Position numbers and translations under genes: made by a program. The notes under the pieces are model-generated. The model saw nothing but the letters and a program-made list of their open reading frames with translations, ran no database searches and was not told where the DNA came from. A DNA stretch of 63,989 nt from Carcharhinus longimanus (taxonomy: Eukaryota), in assembly GCA_030264375.1 (NCBI GenBank), contig JASCQW010000032.1, forward strand, positions 56,405,687 to 56,469,675, given 5' to 3'. Numbering within the stretch: position 1 is the first letter of the stretch; the number at the start of each line of letters is the position of its first letter. This document shows, piece after piece, positions 37,699-49,151 of this stretch.

Positions 37699-39034
37699 GT
37701 GACAGGCTTTTTCTTTGGATCATGCAACATCTTCCTTATTTATCTATAATAAACTAAAAGTTAAAAATTGCTTCAGCATTCTTTTGGTAGTTCATTTGTA
37801 AGTAACACTGAAGATTATGTTAATTGCACTGAGGTCATCTGGTTATATGGCAGCCCCACTGCAGTTGCCCGTATTGGCTGCTAAAAGTTAGAAGTAGTGG
37901 CTTTTACTAAGCAGAGATGTAAAGCCAATCCAACTAAACTGGCAATCTCCCTTGCCTGACAAGGAATCACTTAAGACCCCCTCAGGTTTTGCTCTCTTCA
38001 CATGTATCAGGGAAGTCTTATGATTAACCTTTGCCCATTGTGCAGGAAAACCAAACACAGAACATTATAATAGAAACAAAAAGTGCTGGATAAACTCAGC
38101 AGATCAGGAAGTATCTGTGGAGAAAGAAACAGAGTTGATGTTTTGAGTCTGTATGACTGCTTCAGAATTGCAGAGGGTTAGAAATGTAATGAATTATATA
38201 GTTTGAGAGGGGGTGGAGGAGGTGAGGCAGAATAGAAGGTCAGAGATAGGTCAAAGGTAATGAAAGATTGACAATAATGTTATGGACACAAGTCAAAGGG
38301 ATTGTTAATGGTAGCTTCAAGGATTAAAGCAGTGCTTACAGTCATGTGAAGGTAAGATAGAAAAATGTGTCAACAGGAGACCAAAGATCAGTGCTGAGTG
38401 AAAGCTAAACTGAAAACAAGTAACAGATGGCTACATTGGAATGTGTTTGCATAGGAAAACCAAGGAATCAAAAGGGGGACTAGCTGGGTGTGGGGAGTCA
38501 AGATGGAGGGAATTCACAGTCTAAAATTGTTGAACACAATGTTGAGTCCAGAAGATTGCAATGTGCCTTTAAGGTGTTATTCCTCCAGTTTGCATTGGGC
38601 ATCACTAAAGCATTGAAACAGGCCTAGGACAGACATGTAGGCATGACAGAAAGATGCTAGCTGAAATGGCAAGTAACAGGAAGATTGGGGTCACGCTTGC
38701 TGACCGTAAAGCAATTTTCCAATTTGCATTTATCTATTATTCACCTCAATGAAAATGAGACTGCATTGGAAGCAGTGAACGCAGTAGGCTTAACCGAAGG
38801 AGGTATAAGTGAAATGCTACTTCACCTGAAAGGGGTATTTGGGCCTTGGGAGAGTGAGGCTGGAGGGGGTAAAGAGCAAATGTATCACCTTCTGCAATTG
38901 CATGTGAAGGTGCTGTGGGAAAGAGATGAAGGGTAGGGCAATGGAGGAGTGAATCAGGGCAATCATAGGGTTTGGTCCCTGCGGAATGTCGACAAGAGGT
39001 TAAGGGGAAGAAATGTTTAGTGCTGGAGTTGACA

Positions 39035-39343
39035 GTTGGTGGGTGAGTCCAGAACCAGGGGCTACAGTCTGAGGACTCAGGGTAGACCTTTTAGGACAGA
39101 GGTGACGAGACATTTCTTCACCCAAGGAGTGGTGAGCCTGTGGAATTCATTATCACAGGAAGTAGTTGATACCAAAACACTGAATGTATTCAAGAGGCAG
39201 CTGGAGATAGTGCTTGGGGTGAATGAGATCAAAGGTAATGGAGGGAAAGCAGGATTAGGCTACTGAGTTGAATGATCAACCATGATCGTTATGAATGGCA
39301 GAGCAGGCTCAAAAGGCCAAATGGCCTCCTCCTACTCCTATGT
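39035..39343 (+). mobile_element. CR1 3' end nested in PLE
   Basis: VGESRTRGYSLR..RHFFTQGVVSLWNSL; ctcctactcctatgtt tail. Confidence 0.9.
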
Positions 39344-40172
39344 TAAGTGGCGAAGGATGATTAGTTGAATGTGGAGGCTGGTGGAGTGAAAAGTGAGCAC
39401 AAGAGAGACTCTGTCATGGTTCTGAGAGCAAGAGGAAGGGGTGAGAACTGAGGTGCGGGAGATGGGTCGGACATCGTTGAGTGCCCTGTCAGTGTGGGGA
39501 AACTTGGTTGAGGCATATCAAAAGCACTGTTTCTGAAGGTAGCATCATGAGAATAGATGCAGTGGAGGTGGACAAACTGGGAGAATGGGATGGAGTCCTT
39601 GCAGGGAGCAGGGTGTGAGGAGCTATAGTCGAGGTAGTCAGTGGGTTTGTAATGAATATTGGTGGTCTGTCTATCACCAGAAATGGAGACAGGGAAGCCA
39701 ACGAAAGGAAGGGAAGTGTCCAAAATAGACCATATGAAGTTGAGAGAGGCGTGGAACTTGGAAGGAAAATTGATAAATTTTTCCAGATCCAGGCATAAAG
39801 TGACACTGTTATAGTCATTGTTGTAACAGAGAAATAGTTGTGGAAGAGGGCCCAGACTCCAAATTTTCCACTCCAACTTGTCTCCTCCTCTTTCTTCTCC
39901 TCTCCCTCTCTCCTTACCCCTCTCCTCCTCCCTCGGTCCCCTCCCCCTGCCCCCACCCATTTTTGTTTCCTTGGTTTGTCTCAATGCAAATACCACTGCC
40001 CCTGCAATGCCCCCACCCCAGAGAGCCATGTTACTTATTTATCAGTTTTTTTTCCATTGAGCACAGACCTTTATTCTCCTTTTAACACATTTTCCCATCC
40101 TTCACTCCCTCTCTAACTGTGTAATTAATTACAATTCTATCCCTATTCAGTTGTGAAGTCATACAGACAAAA

Positions 40173-40309
40173 GGGATATAATTCTCCGGCCTTTCACTCC
40201 CTGCTATCGCTGCCAGAGAGGGCAGAGAATTTGGCATTCGGCCAAATCTCCTTTCACTGCAGCGGGGCAGGAGAATCCTGCTAGTGTGAACAGCTGGAGA
40301 ATCCCACCC
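40173..40309. mobile_element. Small Harbinger-type MITE
   Basis: GGG..AATTCTCC / GGAGAATCCCACCC termini, AAA on both flanks; interrupts a PLE terminal repeat. Confidence 0.7.
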
Positions 40310-40698
40310 AAAACATTAACTGTTTCTCTCTCCACAGATACTGCCAGGCCTGCTGAGTTTCAGATTTCCAGCATCCACATTACTTTGCTTTTATTTCATT
40401 GAATACCATAGTTCTTTCTTCACCCCAACTTCTTCCCTACCACATATTTCCTCTTTCCTTCTCTCTCCCTCTAAATATTTGTACCTGGCTTCCCACCTTC
40501 TAACCCTACTTGATTTGAATATTGCATTGGAATTGTCCCTTGTACAATGTCATGAGAGATTGTCTGATACTCATAAAATTTCATCTGAGGAATATTACCT
40601 TATTGTTGGATTTACACAATATAAAAATGAAGGTAAATTAAGTTAGACTGAATTTGATAAAACTAACATTTAAGTATGATTTTATCTTTTGTTTATAG

Positions 40699-40771
40699 AG
40701 ACTTGGTTGACAAACTTCCTGGACCTCACACCTATCTTTTGTTAGGTGATGCCTACATGAATATTCAAGAG
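40699..40771 (+). CDS. TTC21B: TTC21B exon 16 (73 nt)
   Basis: ttatag|A...GAG|gtgaaa; (R)DLVDKLPGPHTYLLLGDAYMNIQE. Confidence 0.94.
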
Positions 40772-41302
40772 GTGAAAAATGTTGTATTTTTACAACTAAA
40801 TTTCTGTTGGTGTTGTCCAAGTTCAGTTGATGACTATAAATGTTATTTTCAGCAGATGGCACCATCATGCATACATATCTGTATATTTGCTATCAACTTT
40901 CCATTTTAAGTTTCCATGACAGCATTAATAGTGGAAGCTGATAATGTAGATTTATCAAGATAGGTAGTGTTGTCATGTGTTTTTTGTCTCCCATATTCAG
41001 ATCAAAGAGATGAACTCGAAATTATAGTTTTTTTTCTTAATTTTAGTGCCATGCTTGCTTTTATGCAGAGATATTTGCAGCTCCACAGAGTACGAGAGGT
41101 TAAGTACTCCTATGAGAGTTTATTTGAAAGTTAATGAAATGTGTGCAGAATCTGAGGGTAGGTTAATGCGTCTACCAATTTACCCAAGTAGATAATCTCA
41201 CACACATCCAACACAGTTTAATTTAACATTCTATTATAAATTAAATTGTCTTTTAATAGGAAGTATAATGCTGTGAAACTGACACTTTCTATTCCATTCC
41301 AG

Positions 41303-41413
41303 CCTGAAAAAGCCATTGATGTATATGAACAAGCTCTAAAGAAAAATCCAAGAGATGGAACTTTGGCCAGCAAGATTGGAAAAGCTCTTATTAAAACACA
41401 TAATTACACAAAG
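41303..41413 (+). CDS. TTC21B: TTC21B exon 17 (111 nt)
   Basis: ttccag|CCT...AAG|gttggt; [37 protein letters not shown]. Confidence 0.95.
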
Positions 41414-42694
41414 GTTGGTTATCAGACATTTTTCTGTGTTAGACCAGAAGCTTCCTAATGGAATCCCTATTGTAGGCTGTGCTGCTTATAATTATTCTGT
41501 TCCTAATAGACAGTTGGTGTAAATTGTATAGAATAGTAAATTGCCTCCTGATCAAATTCTTATTCAATGAATGTTCATTTATTGACTGCTGTTTATATGG
41601 CATGGAAATCAGATTATTATAAATTAGTTTTTAAAAGGCAAATAATTACCTCACCTCCCCAAATGATTCAGCAGTTAAAATTATGCTATGAACTGCACAA
41701 ACTATAAAGATAGCAGAATAATTCATACTTAATCTCTGTTTTGCCCTGATCTCAGTTCAGGTCGCACTAAGAGTGCTGCCGTTTGTCTCCATACTCTGGG
41801 ACTAGGGAGGGGGGCAAAAGAGCTTTGTTTGCTTGATTAGTCTGGTATGTGTTTCCCATTCAAGTTCCTGTGTTCGCATATAGTTTGCAGAGCTATGACT
41901 GACTGCCTGCCTAAAACCTATTTAACTGGACAATCTGTAATTGCTTGTTGGTTTTGTTCCACCTATCATAAGGAGACAAGTTACATCAAGAGTAGAATGG
42001 ACAAAGCAAGACCAGTAGTCTTCATTATCCAGCAGACAGCAAAAAAGGCACTGATGTCAAGGGAAAGCTTCTTGCTTTCTCCTTAGTCCTGACCCAGATT
42101 GCTGCTATTTTGCAGATTGGTTAGTCCACAGGTATACATCAACGGAAGGCATCTGAATTGTCTAATGACCTAGAGGAATCCCTCCCATCAGGATTCTGCA
42201 AAACCTAGCCTACTTAGCTATGACTCAGCCACTTCAGCACTGTTGTTGGCTGCTGCAAAGCCTTATGTAGAAGTGGGGATACAGCCAAGCAAATCCTGTC
42301 AACTGTGACTGCTGAGAGGCATTCCAAACATCTAGAATGCCCTCTGTTACCAGAACTATGTATCTTGAAGATAATCACCTCTTGAGTCAGCCTGCATGAA
42401 ACAGTGGTGAGCGAGGTCATCACAACACAAGAAGGAGCTGCTCATGGTTGAAACCTAATGAGTCCCGCAATGAATGCATGTGGGTATTGGAGGAAAGTTG
42501 GATAGAATTTAGTTATGGTGTCTGCACAATTGAATAGCCCATAAGCATATATATAGTGTGTAAAATGCTTGTGGGCTTCTTTTAACATGAAAATCTGAAA
42601 CTGGCATGCATTAGGTCTTCATTCCCAAGAAAATTGGTGGGGGTGGGGTGTAATAATACACACAATTTGTTGCTACAATACAGCTTTCAGTACT

Positions 42695-43070
42695 AGGGAA
42701 GGTGGTGGCATAATTGATATTGTCATAGATTAGTAATTCAGAGACCCAGAGTAATATCTGGGTACCCAGGTTCAAATCCCATTGAAGCAGGTGGTGAAAT
42801 TTGAATTTTTTTAGAAGTCTGGAATTAGAAATCATACGAAGACCATGAAACCATTGTTGATTGTCACAAAACTCATTTGGTTCACTCATGCCCTTTTAGT
42901 GAAGGAAATCTGCTATCCTTACTTGGCCTGGCCTACATGTGATTCCAAATCCACAGCAATGTGGTTGACTCTCAAATGCCCTTTGGAATGTGGCCAGTTT
43001 GGAATGGGAAATAAATGCTGGTCCAGTCTGTGATGCCCACATCCTGTGNNNNNNNNNNAATGAATAAAAA
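42695..43070 (+). mobile_element. tRNA-derived SINE (same family as 8826)
   Basis: GGTTCAAATCCC B box; shared body and tail. Confidence 0.85.
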
Positions 43071-43109
43071 AGTCAAAGATATTTTGGATTGTTTATGACA
43101 ATCATGACT

Positions 43110-43490
43110 CGATAGATAGCATTGTTACCCCTGAGTCACAAGGTTCTAAGTTCAGTCCCATGCCTGTGCTTAAGTACAAAACTCAAGGATGATACACCAG
43201 GATAGTCCTGAGGGAGTGCTGCACTGCAGAGGCACTATCTTTTGGATGAGACATTTAACTGAGGTGTGGTTGTAAAATATTCTGTAGCACTATTTCGAAG
43301 AAGAACAGGAGTTTTCACCAAATGTCCTTGCCCACATTTACCCCTAAATGAACATCACAAATAGTCCTTATCACTGCTGTGCACAAGTTAGCTGTCTCAT
43401 TTCCTACATTACAACAGTGACTGCATTTCAAAAGTGTTTCATTGACTGTAAGGATGTCTGGTGGTCATGAAAAGTGGATGTATTTCTTTC
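43110..43490 (+). mobile_element. DeuSINE (SacSINE1/AmnSINE1-related)
   Basis: CTGAGGGAGTGCTGCACTG..TTTTGGATGAGAC..TTTCCTACATTACAACAGTGACTGCATTTCAAAAG, recognised from memory as Deu-domain SINE sequence. Confidence 0.75.
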
Positions 43491-43514
43491 ATTTTTTTTA
43501 ATGTGTCCTCAAAG

Positions 43515-43653
43515 GCAATTAATTATTATGAAGCAGCAGTGAAGACTGGTCGGCAGAATTTCCTTCGTTATGACTTAACTGAGCTCCTGATTAAGCTTCG
43601 ACAGTATGAGAAGGCAGAGAAGGTTGTACTGCAGTCATTAGAACATGATTATG
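43515..43653 (+). CDS. TTC21B: TTC21B exon 18 (139 nt)
   Basis: tcaaag|GCA...TATG|gtatga; [46 protein letters not shown]. Confidence 0.94.
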
Positions 43654-44346
43654 GTATGATTTTTATTATAAAGGGCGAATTCGTTTGCTTTTATTATTCA
43701 ACTTCAGTAACAAAGGGAAATGATTTCAATATATCTAACTTCGTAAGTGGCACACAAAAAATTACTTTTAATATGTAACAAAAATAACCCTTTGTTTACA
43801 CAGGCAGGACAACCACATTGTACTACATCTACAATATTTATTTATTAAAAATATTTTAGTTGTTTTAGATTGGAGGTTTAGAGATTGGGTTGTTTTTAAA
43901 TATCATGAAAATACAATTGAAAATTAGAAACATTTATGATTTCTTTTTATTTTTACCTTGGGAGTATAGCATTGCATATTGGCTACATGTTACAGAAACT
44001 GTCCCATTTTTAAATGAAAATGAAGATCATGCTGTTTCTATAACAGGAAGTTGATTTGTAATACTGAGTTTTTTACCCAAGTTGCAAATCGAAAAGCTAT
44101 CCCATAATTCAGCTAAAATGCTAAATTCACAATTAGACTGTAATAACTAATAAGCGAATAAAACCTGTTATGTTCATGACATCTTTTTCATACCTAAGTA
44201 GATAGTGAAAGGAAAAGGGCATGAAGGGAAAAGGGATAAACAATGTTGAGTAAAATTTAGAAAACACACACTGCCTTTGTTAGTATGATTTATAAAAGAA
44301 CAAAAAATATTGTTATATCATATTTTAGATCTTCAATCTTTTACAG

Positions 44347-44453
44347 TAAGTGACCTTCAAGTTTTGATGGACGATGCACGATATTTAATGCTTCTAGCAA
44401 AAATGTATAGTAAGAAGGAGAAGACTGAAGATGCCATCCTGGCATTGCAGAGG
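44347..44453 (+). CDS. TTC21B: TTC21B exon 19 (107 nt)
   Basis: ttacag|TA...AGG|gtgagt; (V)SDLQVLMDDARYLMLLAKMYSKKEKTEDAILALQR. Confidence 0.93.
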
Positions 44454-44744
44454 GTGAGTGTGAGGGTGAAGGTGGCATTTGCTTTTATTTGTTTGAGTAT
44501 TGGAAATTAATTTAAGCTTTTAAAAGTTTCAGGTCTTCAAATAATGCCTGCAAAGTCGATAAATACAGTGAAATTAATGATCTAACCATGTGTATTTAAT
44601 AGCATTATCTTCTTTTGCTCATATTAGAATGCATTACTTGAGTACATAAAGTCCTTGTACTAAAAATAAATATATAAAAACAATTAAATTTACTTCTTTG
44701 CATCAACACTTTCTGGCCTTTTCATATTGTAATAGTTTCAGATA

Positions 44745-45090
44745 CCATAGAATCATACAGGACAGAAGGAGACTAGTTGACTCACTGTGCCTGTTTTGGG
44801 GGAAGCTATCCATTTGTCTCACTCCCTCGTGCTTTCCTTATACTTTTCAAATCTATATCATGCACATTTGGAAGTAATTACTGAACCTGCTTTCACCACC
44901 AATCTTTCAGGCAGTGCATTCCAGATCACAGTAACTTGATGCAAAAAGTGATTATTCTTCACCTGCCCTCTGATCTGTTTGCAAACCATCTTACATCTTC
45001 CAGCGCTAACCCTCCTACCAGAGGGAACAGTTTTGCTTTATTTTTAACAAAACACTAAATGATTTTAAACAGCACTATCAAATCTAGCAT
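44745..45090 (-). mobile_element. Old CR1 3' end
   Basis: catagaatcatacag..ggcagtgcattccagatc. Confidence 0.65.
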
Positions 45091-46864
45091 GCTTAAAAAT
45101 CATTTGTCAGATCTGACAAGTGTATAATGTAATCAAAAGTGACAAAAAATTGATTTAAGCAATCAAAGTTTACATTCATATATATAACCTAGTTTTTACT
45201 TACTCATATTGTGGTACATGGTCAGTATTCATTTATTTTCTGTTCAGTCAGGAATTTCTCCATTTATTTTATAAATATAATTCAGTTCTGAATTTATGTG
45301 CTTGATAGCATTCATTCATATCATAACAGCTAAAGTAACTTCAGGTTTGAGTCATGTACTCTATTTATCATTTTCTGGTAGCAAAGTAAAGGTTTGGGAC
45401 ATTTAATGCTATAATTATCTTCACGAGTTTAAAAATATCTTCTGTTTTTCTTCTGCCATTTTTCTTAATTCATTTGTTTTTCTTCACTGTATCTTCACAT
45501 TTGATTTTCAAACTTGGTGCTATTGTTGAACTCTGTCCAGTGCCTTCTGTTTTTAAAGTAAAACAGTAAAAATTGGGAATTATGCTTCCATGTAGCTTTC
45601 CTTTCCAAAATTCCAAACCCTTAAATCTTTTCCAACAGTCTCCAGTGTAGTGCTTTGTCCAAGAATTGGAACATACACCATATATACTGTGTCCTGCTTC
45701 CGCACCCCATCCCAATTCATCGTACCTGTCACCTTCTCAGATAACTCGTTCATGACTGTCAAATGCAGGCTTCCTTTCTGAAAAATGTATTCACTGCTTC
45801 TGATTATTTTCTCTCTCAAATTTCTATAAAATCATCTGTAAAAAATCCAATTTTGTTTCCTCCCAAAGCTGTTAAATTGATTGGCCTGTATTCTCTTTGT
45901 TTCTATTTATGAAAATGCTTGTGAATTGGCTGCTTTCTAGCCTTGTAGCACACATTGTACATACAATCTTGAAATGTAATTTCTGAGATCTCAATTATGA
46001 CTTTTCCAATATCCCTCAAGGTCGATGTACCCTATCAGATCCTGGTATTTGTCTTCTTCTTAGCTTAATTAATTTTGAAAATAGTTTGTAAATTAAATCT
46101 CTCATCTCACTTTCAACCAATTCATAATTTACTGCCTCTCCATCATCGTTCTGTTTTGCTGATATCCCTGAAAATTTCCCATTAGTCAGACATTGTACAG
46201 TGTTCCAGACCACTTTAACCTATTTCCCATTTTTAAAATATATCATAAACCCATCTGCAACAAGTAGTTAGCCTGAATGGAATTTAAATTGGTATTTCTC
46301 ATATCCATATATTTTGTTTGGAATTTTTGCTATTCTAGATCTCAGTGGTATTTTGGAATTTTATTTGCCTCTGATTTTTTCTTACCCTGCAGTTCTGTAG
46401 GTTGTTACGTAAGTATGTTAGAGTACAAGTGCCTTAATTTGGTTTTATAAATGTTATAGAAGCTAAAGAATCTCTCTTAAAACGTGAATACTTGTTAAGA
46501 ATTGCAGGTCATTATTATTTGCACTTTCTTATTATTTCTTATTACTACATTTGTTCAACTTGCTCTGCTTGTCAGCATGCTTAATAAAATGATTTTGGAA
46601 AAATGGTGACCACTAAAAATCTGCTTGAAATTGCACTGATTTCCAAATGTAATAATATTCAAGTGAATCCATGTTTTCAGGAAGCTAAAGTTTAAAATCG
46701 TTTGTGTTTAAAAAATGTTGTTTCACATCATAGGTTTGATAAGTCACATGCTAAGCAACTAAAATGTGAATGTTTTTGTGCATATTTAAAGAGTCACATG
46801 TATGTTCCAATTTTAATTTCTGCCATTTTAAACTCTGACAACTTCCTTTTTTTTGTTCTTGCAG

Positions 46865-47053
46865 GCACGGGAGGTCCAGGCCCAGGTGTTAAAACGAGTT
46901 CAACTAGAACAGACTGATGCAGTCCCTACTCAGAAGCAACTTGCAGCAGAGATATGTGCTGAAATAGCAAAGCATGCCACAGACCAGCGAGACTATGAAA
47001 AAGCAATTAAGTTCTACAAAGAGGCACTTGTCTATTATGAGAATGATCATAAG
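46865..47053 (+). CDS. TTC21B: TTC21B exon 20 (189 nt)
   Basis: ttgcag|GCA...AAG|gttagt; [21 protein letters not shown]...[11 protein letters not shown]...ENDHK. Confidence 0.95.
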
Positions 47054-47342
47054 GTTAGTTATGCAGTTGCTAAGTTATTGTATGTGGTGACTTCAAAAAA
47101 TTCTAAACTATGCCTTCATTTCACAAGGGAAAGATGTGTATGTTTGGATAGATATCCTGGAATGTGAAAATTGTGATATTGGACACTGCTTCAGAGAAAC
47201 TTGGAAAGCTTGCATAAACATTGTTAAATATTCTACCTGATAATACTAAAATAAAGTACTACAAAGTCATTTTCAGTATATAAGAAGAACTGTGCCTGTG
47301 AAAGCATTCCATTTTTGTTTATTCCAGGGCAACACCACAAAG

Positions 47343-48330
47343 TGAAATAAAAACAGAAAATGCTGGATAAACACAGCAGGTCTGGCAGCACCTGTGGAGG
47401 AAAAACGAGAATGAGTGTTTCAAGTCCATATGACTCTGTTCAGAGTTAAAGAGTGGGAGGAATGTAATATATTTTATGCTTTTACAGAGGGGATGAAGCA
47501 GGTGGAGCAAAATAGGTGTCAACTATGAGAGGTTGCACAAAGATGTTTCAGTCACAAGACAGAGGAAGTATTATTGCAGTATTAAGGACTATAGAAGGTG
47601 CTGATAGTGGCAGGATACTCAGATAACATGATATGTTAATAGGAGAAAAAAAGTCAATGCTCACTGAAAACAAAGTTGTTGAGCTTCTTGTTGAGTCCAG
47701 AAGACTGCAGTGTGCCTAATCGGAAGATAGGGGGTGGGATTCTGCGAGCATGCTTGCCTGAAAACTGGAGATTCCCACCCAACTTCAATGAACCTTTACA
47801 TGGCACCCCCCCTCCCCTGCCCAGCGCCCCCCCCCCCAAGAATCCAAGTGATGGGTGGGATGGGAGAATTCCAGCTGAGGTATTGTTCCTCCAGTTTGTG
47901 TTGGGCTTCACTGGAACATTGCAGCAGGCCAAGGACAGACATGTAGGCATAGGGAGCAAGATGCTGAGTTGAAGTGGTAAGCAACAGGAAAGTTGGAGTC
48001 ATGCTTGCGGACTGAGCGAAGTCAGTCAGATTGTGCTTAGTGTTCCCGATGTAGAGCAGACTATACTGAGAACAGTGAAAGCAGTAGTCAAAATTGAGAG
48101 AGGTGCAAGTGAAAAGTTGCTTTCCCTGAAGACAATATTTAGAGCCAGTGAGGAGGATGGAGGTAAAGGGGCAGGTGTTGTACTTACAGTAATTGCATGA
48201 GAAGGTGCTGTGGGAGGGGATGAGGCTGTCACGAAAAGAGCAGTTACTGTGGAATGCTGAGAAAGGGAGTGGGGGGGGTGGGGTCAGTGGTGAAGGGGAA
48301 GTGTGTTTTGTGGTGGCTGGAGTTGGGGAG
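47343..48330 (-). mobile_element. Penelope-like element 3' part (GIY-YIG plus terminal repeat)
   Basis: CKYNTCPF..FTCTSLNFDYCFHCSQYSLLYIGNTK..EEQ..IFRLGTLQSSGLN. Confidence 0.88.
47732..47876. mobile_element. Harbinger-type MITE nested in PLE
   Basis: GGGTGGGATTCT / GGAGAATTCCAGC termini split the EEQ|IFRLGTLQ motif. Confidence 0.7.
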
Positions 48331-49040
48331 CAAAGATACGTTTGACCTTCCACCATTATGCCATCTGTTACTTGTTCCTTCATCTTGCTTTGTAGGCATG
48401 GGATTTAAAACCAAAATTTCAGGGAATCTGTCAGTAATCTCACCATCTCCAAAAGAAAAAATTGGTAATTTGAGAATATGGGGTCTTTCAACTCGCAGGG
48501 GAATTTGAAATCCGGGCACATGCAGTCTGAAGTTAAATCCTTTCTGTTTGATGTTGTTAAACACAAACTGTCAAAAGATAGGCAACAACTTTCAAAATAA
48601 TTTTTTTCCAAAAGTTCATATTTTAATATGTAGCTAAATTCCTTTATGCCACATCATTTTGTAATTTTCGTGGCACAATACAACAATCTTAACAAAAGGT
48701 TTGTTTTTAAATTGTGTGTCTACTGATATGTTTCACTGGCATCANNNNNNNNNTTGTGATATATATATACTTTTAAAAAACTAAATGTCACTTATGTTTA
48801 TCGGTCTACATGTCTAATACATGCTGTGAAGGTGACGGAACACCATTACCTCGAATTTAAAACCTTGGATTATTCTTCTATATTCAGTAAACAATTTACT
48901 ATAAAAGAATGGTAACATTGTTTGCCCACACACCCAAATGAGTCAATAGTCTTCTATGATTGTGGAATAACATATCATTATATACCAACAAATATCTTGC
49001 AGTGTAACATCATGATGTATTTTTATTGTTTACTATGCAG

Positions 49041-49151
49041 GTGATGCTAGAGCTTGCGCAATTGTATCTTGCCCAGGATGATATTAATGCCTGTCAGCAT
49101 CAATGTGCAGTTCTACTGAAAAGTGACCAAGATAATGATGCAGCTACCATG
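49041..49151 (+). CDS. TTC21B: TTC21B exon 21 (111 nt)
   Basis: atgcag|GTG...ATG|gttagt; [37 protein letters not shown]. Confidence 0.95.

Larger units (their letters stand above)
38072..40400 (-). mobile_element. Penelope-like element with inverted terminal repeat at its truncated end; nested CR1 and MITE
   Basis: RT thumb FINFPSKFHASLNFIWSI..IHYKPTDYLDYSSSHPAPCKDSIPFSQF; GIY-YIG remnant at about 38510-38900; terminal repeat on - at 38072 and on + at about 40145-40400. Confidence 0.85.

Noticed and set aside
39361-40029. 222-aa - strand ORF as an intact protein
   Set aside because: It is a chance fusion of low-complexity inverted UTR sequence with a PLE RT fragment.
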